Shown here one piece after another: positions 54,692-64,000 of a stretch of 64,000 nt of DNA. Within the stretch, counting starts at the first letter, position 1. The number at the start of each line of letters is the position of its first letter. The position numbers and the translations under genes were made by a program. The stretch is from Kudoa neothunni (Eukaryota > Animalia > Cnidaria), in the NCBI GenBank assembly GCA_964304625.1, contig OZ199838.1, forward strand, positions 8,667,904-8,731,903, in the 5' to 3' direction. Under the pieces are notes generated by a model. That model had not been told where the DNA came from, made no database searches, and was given only the letters and a program-made list of their open reading frames with translations.

Positions 54692-55608
54692 TTGTTTGAT
54701 GGATGTGGTCTGAGAAATTTTTATAAGCCTTATTAGTTTTGCTTTTGTTTTGCTGTCCGACTGGTATTTGTATTTTTTGTAAACAAACAGCATCGTTCAA
54801 CGGTAATCTCAATAATCAGCATTTGATTGGTAGTTGTCGGAAATAGGATTTTGAAATTGTGTCGGTCTATCATTTAAACATACTAACTGTTAACTAACAA
54901 CATTGAGCTACAAACAAATTACACGTCTAACCTACTTAAGACTAAGTGCAAAGGATTTTAACGAAAGAATGATTGAACTAATTCTGTGGTCAAAAACATA
55001 ACCCCATGCAATGCCGTATCACATCAAGAGATGGCATCGTTGTATGGTTTATCAATGCGACAGCGGACACAATAATGCTTTTCAATATAATATCGGTGTA
55101 TCGATCAAAGTTCTGGTGTAGATAATGTCATAGATTTTGTCCACAAACATAAGATTAACACAGATAACACTGTTCTATAAATGTCAGGTTGTTCGTGTGA
55201 AGTTTATATCAACCCTGGCAAACTACTGTACAATTGATTGACGAAGCAGTTGTACCCTTTGAAAAATGTATGAATCCGACGTGGTAAGTAAACAACGATT
55301 TTTATCGATTGATTATTAAGGTAGGATAGAAAGCAAGTCAACAGCTGCTGTATGGATTAGGGTCGATAAAGTTAAGTCTGGATTATCTTCAATTTTTTAA
55401 GCATTGAGACACTCATTATCTGTATCGGTGTATCTCAATATAACTACACCATATTTTTGAATTGTTCGATTGGTGGTTTTATTTACTTTTGCCTCCCCAA
55501 GATATTTCTCTCTAAAGTACAATCGACGTTGTACACGAGTCCTTAACTATAAAATTACCCATTTTAGATCTGCAATTGACTTGGCTTGGCATTATTGTAT
55601 CATTAGCG

Positions 55609-57120
55609 ATGTATGATCGGAAAATAGCAACAAGTGGTGATAACTATAAATTTCAACCATGGAAACATTATCCTGGAAACAGCCGAATATTTTGTGAAGG
55701 AAGGATTATCACAGCAAAGAATAGTAGCACATTTATTATTGCCTTGTCACTTATTTTGATTGGATTCGCCGCATTTTCTACCTTTGAGTAACAATTACCG
55801 AGTGAGTAGTCGATTTTTAATTAATGCTTACCTCATAGATGGACATATCTCTCAGTAGCCTTATCACCAATAGTACCTGCAATAGATGCTGTTCTGTTTG
55901 TTATGGTGATTACGTTGAAACTGAGATGTGCACTAATGGATCCAGGTTTCATTAAAAGGGACTCCAAAATGAATTATGAATATTTGAAATATTCAGGTAA
56001 CTATTAGGAAATCGTTTGATAAGGATGTTAAACGATTTAATCAATGAATTTAGCATTATTATACTATGGGAAAAGGTCAGTATTCCACGATTCCGAAAAA
56101 GGAGTTCGCTATCTAACATTGCCTATCAAAGGTTATAACTACAAAACCAAATATTGTACCACTTGTAATATATATCGACCACCAAGATCGAAACATTGTG
56201 CTGATTGTGATGCTTGTGTTTGTACGTTTTAGTTTTTCCGCCATTGTTTTAATGACTTTATAGTGAGACTAGATCACCATTGTCCATGGGTATTTATATA
56301 TTTTTGACCGATCACATGGCTTAGCTATATTTTTTAATTATTAAGCTCATGAATTGTATTGGTGAAAGAAATTATAAATATTTCTTTGGCTATGTTTCAA
56401 CTTTAACCGCTTTAATTTTCTACCAATTCTTTTTTTCGGTCTTCCACATCGTTCTATGTAAGTTGAATTTATCTTTCGTTACAATTACATGTGTCCATTA
56501 AGTACATCGAAGTGTTCCCGATTATACTTTGCTTTTCAAAGAAAACATACCCATGTATCTTCCTTTCAATGTATTAATTTTTTCTCACATTTTTAATAGA
56601 TTTCTTAATGTGACTTATCATCTTATTCTTGGAGTCTTGGTACTTTCGCTTGTGTATTATCATTGCGGACTCGCCACCTCAAATATCACTACCAATGAAG
56701 ATGTTGTTAATCCTTTACCCAATTTTTAATTATGAAAGTGTATCTTAATCTTTTAGATAAAAAATACGCTCCTTGATTACGATACAAATCCCTTCTTGAC
56801 GTCAAAACCTAGCAGTTTCTGTTCCAAATTCAAAGAACTTCAAAATCTACTTTGTACACCCGTCCCTCCATCGTAATTGCTGTATTCACGGTTGTTCAAA
56901 TGTACTATTTTGTAGTGTTCTGGATCTTCAGGGAGTTTACGCCCAAAGTGATGTTAAAAGTAATGTTAAATTTTCTATCTAAATTAGGTATGCCTAATCT
57001 ATTCTATTCTTAGTAGGTCTACCTTATCATGCATCAGAAACGGACCGCCTTTTAAGGGCTGAACTCAACGATCCTGTCAGTTCCAACATTCTACGTCATT
57101 ATAAATATACAAATCTGTAG
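55609..57120 (+). CDS. ZDHHC9/14/18: DHHC palmitoyltransferase, ERF2/ZDHHC9/14/18 subfamily, multi-exon
   Basis: WKHYPGNSRIFCEGRII N-terminal motif, MDPG, [46 protein letters not shown] and NITTNED. TAG at 57118-57120. Confidence 0.9.
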
Positions 57121-58575
57121 ATTTACCAAATAAAAATTTATAACTACATATATAATATTTATTGGTTGTATTATACTTGAAATATTTATTTTATTTTTAT
57201 TCTAATAAAATTATTTCTGTACGATTTGGTATTTTTGAAAGATAATTCATTATTTTATCGTTTCGAACTTAACGTTACCATATGAAAAATTATTATTTCT
57301 GCACTGTTTTAATTTATGTACAACTCAGAAAATATGGTTATACAAAATTTATATTATAAAAGGGTTTCATATAATAAACTTTTCTTGTGGGAATACAACA
57401 AATAAATACAGATATAAATTGCAATACAAGTCTTGCTTATTCAATTGATTGAAGTTTATGACCAGAGTTGAATTAATTTCTAACGGTAACATTTTAATAC
57501 ATGTTAATGTGCTAGAAATTACTAATCATTCAAGTAGTTCATTTACTACAAATTGGTAACAATTTTAACCTCTAATGACCGAAAAACGATGTGCATATAA
57601 ACTTGTTTGAATATAAAAGCTCCAAATTTTAATTTTAGTAGAATTTAAATCTTTTTTAGGAATAATAATAAGCTTAATGAACTTGAACGACCAAATATCA
57701 ACACAGCAAGCCTAAATTATAAAACATAATCCTTATATATTCTACTGTCTTGATGTGCCTCCCAGATTCGCAAGTAGTTGAACGTTTATTTAAAAATAAT
57801 TTTTGTAACACACAAATGTACACTATGAAAATTATATTCACTATGAATTGGAAAATTATAGTGAGATGCTAACTAAGACATTTCTGAAAAGAGTTTTATT
57901 AGAAGCGTGAGTTGGCCTAAAATTTATAATAGCTTTCACTCGATTTTGTTTTTTTGTGTCCATTTCCCTTTCAAAGCATTTAAAACTTAAAGAGATTCAT
58001 ATATTCAAGTGTTGATTTTTTGGGCAAATCTAAAGTTATTGATTTTTGCATAAAGATTTTGTGGGCCTAATTTTTTGCTGGAATGGAATATACGTCGCTT
58101 AGCAATTTATTCTAAAAAATGACGTCTTTGCTCTTTCGCATTATTATGTACAGTATATTATTTGACAAATGCATCGATTAAGGAGAAGCCTATCATACTA
58201 GGAATAATATTAAATGCCATTTCCTTGTAAGTCGGCGAGGCCAAACATAAAGCTCACCGAGAATTTAAAAGCAAAGTCGACTAATTATTGATATATTTAT
58301 TTTGAGTTACTAAATAGATCGAATGTTTTATTTTAGAGATCAATTAACAACACATAAAATGAGGATTCACTTGTGAAGTTGTTGTAATTTTCATTGGTAT
58401 TAATCCTGTTTCGAAAATTTTTGAAAAAAAAAGAAAAAATATAATTAACTAAAACATAATATTAGAATTCATAGTCCTAATATATTGCTAAATTATCACT
58501 ATTATGTAATTTGTATCATTTACTAACATTCTGGACTCCCAATGTTTATACAACACAAAATGTTTTCCGTCTATT

Positions 58576-61500
58576 TCAAGATTTTGCAATTCGTACATTG
58601 TACCATCGCAAAAATTTTTCTTGATTTTGCTGATGGATTTGATTAATTTTTGATTCATTAGGGGAATCATATTCTGAGATGTTGATGTCAGTTAGGTTGC
58701 TAAATATAAGGTTTCTTCCACTGCGATCTGTGATCGAACGTTTACTAATATAACCGTCAAATTCCAAATTCTCGTAGGATTCAAAGACATTTTTGTCCAC
58801 ATCCAATTTTTCTTTATCATCAATGATTATAGCTGGATTTTCTTTTTTCACTAAATAAACAGATTTATAATGTAATTCAACAAAATTGGTAAACTTTGTT
58901 TGGATTTGTACAATTTTTTAAACCAAGAGCAAAGTATTTCTGATGCGACTCTCCATTTAATTTCTTGGATCAGCTTATTTCTCTCTAGTTGTTCGGTAGA
59001 GGTTAAGCTGATCTCAGGGTCAATTGAATTTTGAGCAATTATAAAAAGCAACTGATGAAATGATATTATTGGATTTCTAACAGGTGGATCACCATTGCTG
59101 TAAAGTGCATAGTTTTTTCCATATGCAATTACCCTCAATTCTTTTTTCATTGTCTAAAAGGATAAATTAAAAAATTTTAGGTTTTAAATTCCTTACAAAA
59201 TAAGTGAAATAGTTTGCATCCTTAAATTCCAACATTTTAGCTTTGTAATAATCAAGTAGAGTAAATTCTGCAAAAAGGAGAGGCACTTCTCCACTTGCAC
59301 CTGGGTCAAACTTTTTCCACAGCATCTGGAAGAATGATATATCAGATGGGACAATATTTCCTGCTCCCACATTTGAGATAGCGAATAATGAAAAATTTGA
59401 AAGGACCATGGCAATTAGAAGATTTAGAAAAATAAAAGTCACGATAATCTAGAATATTTACATAATTAAACAGTGAAAATATTGAAAAATAATTTACAAG
59501 ATAAGAAATAAAATAGAGGATTGCGGTGACTTTGTTTCCACAATCCGAATGATTAGTATCACTCGCAAGAGTACAATATGGGAATTCGACAGCAGTATCA
59601 AAGAGAAAACCAGCCCAGCCATCACAATTAGCCACTGCGAATAACACAAAGAATGCATTATAACTGTTTTGAAAATTGAAAACATTATCCAGAGATTTTC
59701 CTAGTCTAGTCAAACCGAACAACACCACTCCAGCGAGAGCGTAACATTCGGTGATGAACACCAACACAAACAATAAATAAAAACTCTTGAGTATACTTTT
59801 GAATATAGTCAGAAGAACAGATTTGAGTTTTTCCCATTTGAAGAAAAGCAGCAAAAAGTATCCAATCAAAAGTATCATTATTACATAATTTAAAAATGCT
59901 CTGCTGGAAGATGTCTCTCCAATTTGAAGTCCAATAACAAGTACTACAAAAAGCGATACATCATAAACAGCTTGCAACTTGAAAAATTTAATATATTGAA
60001 CCACTCCTAATCCGAGGAATATTAAGCTGTGTATGATTATGAGTATAGACATGATAACTAATTGAACTAAAGTTTTATAAAATATTATATCCTTTTTCTT
60101 GTCGTCATTTGAGCCAACAATGCAATCAACTATAATAAGGCCAAATATAAGGATGGATTCAAAGATTCTCGTTCCATATAGAGACCCATAGTGATACAAT
60201 AGTTTTCGAAATGGATGATCTGACGGTTGAGGTTCTGTAAGTGGCCCAACAAGAAGAATTCTTTTTTTAAAGTCTTGCCATCGACGTTGTGGGAGAGTGA
60301 GTAAAGCAGTTCCAACATTTTCATTAAATGTTTGTACAATTACACCGATAAACATTGATAAAACCACCATATTACTTATAAAGAGATAAATGTAAAGGTA
60401 AATAGTGGCCAATGTTCCCATTTTAAGTTCAATAATAGAAGCAATCTACAATCGGCTAGTAAATGAATTGTTTCACAAACAGTTGTCACTTACGTCGTCC
60501 CATGCATCAATAGTCAGCAGAAGAAACGATGAAAGGTAGCTATCAGCCAGGTTATCGAAGTTGGCCAATGGTAGTGAGATGGGTGCTCTCGGTATAAGTA
60601 TCTCAGGAAAGTTCTCTCCAAACGATTTGTTGGAATTTTTGAAACCTGAAAATATTTAGTTGATTTAAAACAAAAATTAAAATCTACCGTATAAGGAATC
60701 GAAAGTGGGCTGGACCATAAAAGTCCCAGTACAGTTGTTCAAATCACCCACGGCTGGGTCATTACAAACGACCAACTTATTATTGAACAAATTAAAACTG
60801 TAGTAGGCGAAAATGTTCAGAAAAACCAAAAGAATAAGTGAAACTTTGAATATGTTTCTCCATCCTGAAATAACCTGTTGAACTACAGTCATCATTGAGG
60901 TGGACATTGAAATAACTGCCAAGGGTCGAGTACATCTAAGTGTCCTTATGATAAAACCGAGGGTATCTTGGCCGTAGAAAGATATGAAAGGTCTAAGCAT
61001 GAAATTTTATTGTTTTGGGAGTAGTTGAAAGATTAAAACAATCAAATCTGCAATACCTGCTCGAAGAGACTCCCGAATAATAAATTGCATGTATTATTGC
61101 CACAATAACATGGAACAACTTGATGCTACCTTGGAAATTCCTGGCATATGCGTGAGGTGTAAAAATCAGTCCATTAGAGATGGTTTTAAGGATAAATTCA
61201 ATCCCCAACACACATATGTAACAATATTCTATCAGTGTTGACCACAACCAATCGAAAACCATTCTATATGGATTTTCAAAAAGCATGGCGATAGTGCTTG
61301 TAGTTGTTGAGATAACCATCAACCCATCAAGTATTGTATTAGATGCTAAAAATCGATATATGGTTTCTTTGTTGAATTTTTCCAATCCAGTATCTGACGT
61401 TTCCTTACTCTAAACATGAAAATTTCTCTAATAATCTTTTGGAAATGTGGATTTACTTTGAGATGATAGTTAGCGATCTCTTGGCACCATTTTCTAAATC

Positions 61501-64000
61501 TATTTCGTTCTGTGAAGATAAATAATGAACTATTGATGAGAGGATGATTGGTTTCGATATCATCAAACGTACGACATCTAAAGTTTTTTATCTCTGCTAT
61601 TCTTCTTAAAATGATCTAGGGGAACCATTGTTATGATGTAACAATAAAATAAATACAGTGATGTTGCTATTTAGACTTAGGTCATCATTATTGTTTGAAT
61701 CTGGTAGTTTATTTTTGGTTGCAGCTTGAGATTGATTTTTAAACAACAGCGGTGTGTACAGAGAAGGTATCTCGTAAAAGAGAGTTTTTACTAGCATCTG
61801 ACGGTTAAAAATTTCAATTCTATTTTGATACGATTTGTTGCTAACCTAATTTTTTATTGGTTGATAGTAATAAACATATAATTATATTACAATTATTTTT
61901 TCATCGGTTTTTGAAGACGAAACCAATAATGGACAAAAATAATTTGAAAATTCTAGTATATTCTCAATTTTGAAACCTCTGATGATCATTCTTTCGATGT
62001 TCTTGATAAATCGGCTGGACAGAAATATTCTTATAAAGTGTTGACCAACTTTGATATCCAACGTTCCAACTAACTTCGAAGGAATTCTACACCATTCTGG
62101 GCTACTCGGAAACCATCTAAGTGTAGAATCGAATAATTTTAAGCTTTATTACATTTGATGATATTTAATTGCTAACTTTATTCCCTAATAAATAAATGAA
62201 TTGTGTTGTTTGAACTTATCGATTTAAATTGAGTTTCCGCTTATTGCGGGTAGCAATGCCAAAACTAGACTTAGTTTTTTGCAAAATCAAACATAAAAAT
62301 TAATGATTTTTTTTCATAATCTAATTGAGATAATATTTTCTGTTTTATTTATATTGATTTCGGGCCAAATTTTATAACAAGTTTTATATATAAATCGTAT
62401 CATGTACCTTTAAGCAATTTATCCTCATTTAACATACAAAATTATAGGTCAAAAGTTAGCGTTGATATTGTGTACTAAAAGCAAATATCATGACATCAAA
62501 TGCACTGTTTTCGTTAGATTCTTAAATGATAAATGATTCAGGAATAACAAGGAATAGGCGATATAAATTAATGTTTAATTGAAATTGAGGATTACTACAA
62601 ATGCGTATCAATTTTAGTCTTGTGATGTTTATTCAGATCCCCATTTAAACTGCCATACTATAAATAGCGGTGATTTGTTGTCTCAACTCATTCTCTTACA
62701 TTTTTCAATATAAATAAAGCTAGAAAAACGTTATATACACTTCAATAGTATTAAAAGTAAAAATAATTGCAGTAATATTACAGTTAGTTCCAGAGATTTT
62801 ATTATAGCCTTAGAAACAATGGCATATGGTTTATTTTAAAAACATTATCGTTTTTAGTGTTTATAAATCATTATCCCCAATGACCAATTTTAAATTTAGA
62901 TACAATCATTTAAATTTTTTTCACCTATATTAAAGTTTTATATAATAGTATACGACTTTATAAAAATACATCTGTTATTTATTAGCTGAATTTTGAATAA
63001 AACAAGAAAAAGAAATCTCGTTTATCGGACTACTAGAAAACGATATCAACTTAAAACAAACAACTTAAACCAGATTCAATAAGTATAAATCTTATAGCTA
63101 TTAAATAAACGGTTAAATAATGAATTGCTCTTCACCATATTCTTCGATTCTATATTGTTCTGACATTTGTATTAATGGAGATGAGAAATTATTGCAAATT
63201 TAATTCTATCAACATTCAATTTCTTAGGGACAATATTTTTGGTTTCATTCGCTCTAAAAATTCCACCAATAAAAATATTCTAAATAATCTGCTAGTTATT
63301 TTTTTAATTATAATCAAGATATTATCTAACATAATTAATTTGCGGCATAATTTATTAATTCTACTTTAAACTAAAAAAAGAAATTCTAGTATAATTTTTT
63401 TGACTTTACAGGAGTTTGTGTCTCGTGGAAAAATTAATATTCTTCATAAAAACGTCCAAAATTTATATTTTGCTACATTCTCTTTATAAGAAACTCTAAG
63501 AATTAATTCATGAAATTTGAAACGAATACCTAAAGCCTTTTTAATTCCAACCCGGCTTTTTATAATTAATGTAGTTTTCAATAAAATTAAATGAAAATTA
63601 TATTTGTTCGCACCTGTAAACTCTTACAGTGAAAGGCATCACATCTTTGATAGTTATCTTTGAATCAACGGTCACATTGATGGAATAATCATTTTCACTT
63701 TTATAATGATTGAAGTATTTGTCAAGAGTAGGAAAATCTATCGTGAATATATTTTGATATTTTATCATTTCTTTTTCAGTCAGTTGTAAATTTCCCAGAA
63801 TAACTGCAATAACAACGTTCATCATAATTGTTACAGACAGCATGTGGCATCCTGTGAGAAGGAGAATGATAAAATAACTGAGTACACTGTTTGCTTCATT
63901 GGCCAAACCATATATTTCATCAAATGCAGTATCCTAAATGGATATTATATATTAATATCAATGTAATTATAACCTGAAGGAAAATGTTGAATATTAGTTT
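58576..64000 (-). CDS. NALCN: Sodium leak channel NALCN, partial (from domain II P-loop to C-terminus; 5' part beyond window)
   Basis: VIAVILGNLQL (IIS6), HPLINSSLFIFTERNRFRKWC, LKTISNGLIFTPHA, LRCTRPL, KLVVCNDP, FNENVGTALLTLPQRRWQDFKKR, SDCGN and IQ-like VASEILCSWFKK. Stop at 58576-58578. Confidence 0.93.

Noticed and set aside
57560-58270. Possible piggyBac-like element between the ZDHHC gene and NALCN
   Set aside because: TTAACC start only; no matching inverted terminus or coding remnant.
3098-64000. Non-canonical introns or alternative genetic code
   Set aside because: All introns I traced are GT-AG and host genes read through with the standard code. In-frame stops occur only in transposase relics that also carry frameshifts.

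Overview
Eukaryotic, very AT-rich animal genomic DNA with strongly diverged proteins and mostly 35-60 nt GT-AG introns. This is consistent with a fast-evolving, possibly parasitic lineage such as a myxozoan, but the taxon is an inference only. Six recognisable spliced genes: OCRL/INPP5B-type inositol 5-phosphatase (-), TLDc protein OXR1/NCOA7 (-), RRP5/PDCD11 (-), exocyst EXOC4/Sec8 (+), ZDHHC9/14/18-type palmitoyltransferase (+) and the 3' two-thirds of the NALCN leak channel (-). The probable 3' end of an unidentified gene lies at the left edge. Intergenic space and the few large introns are filled with cut-and-paste DNA transposons of five superfamilies (piggyBac, hAT, Mutator, Merlin, pogo/Tigger), several nested and with readable TIRs and TSDs. 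No retroelement was recognised. The most striking observation is that NALCN carries Asp at all three visible selectivity-filter positions (x-D-D-D instead of EEKE/EKEE/EEEE). Exon boundaries and alignments to human proteins were done by eye from memory and need computational confirmation.
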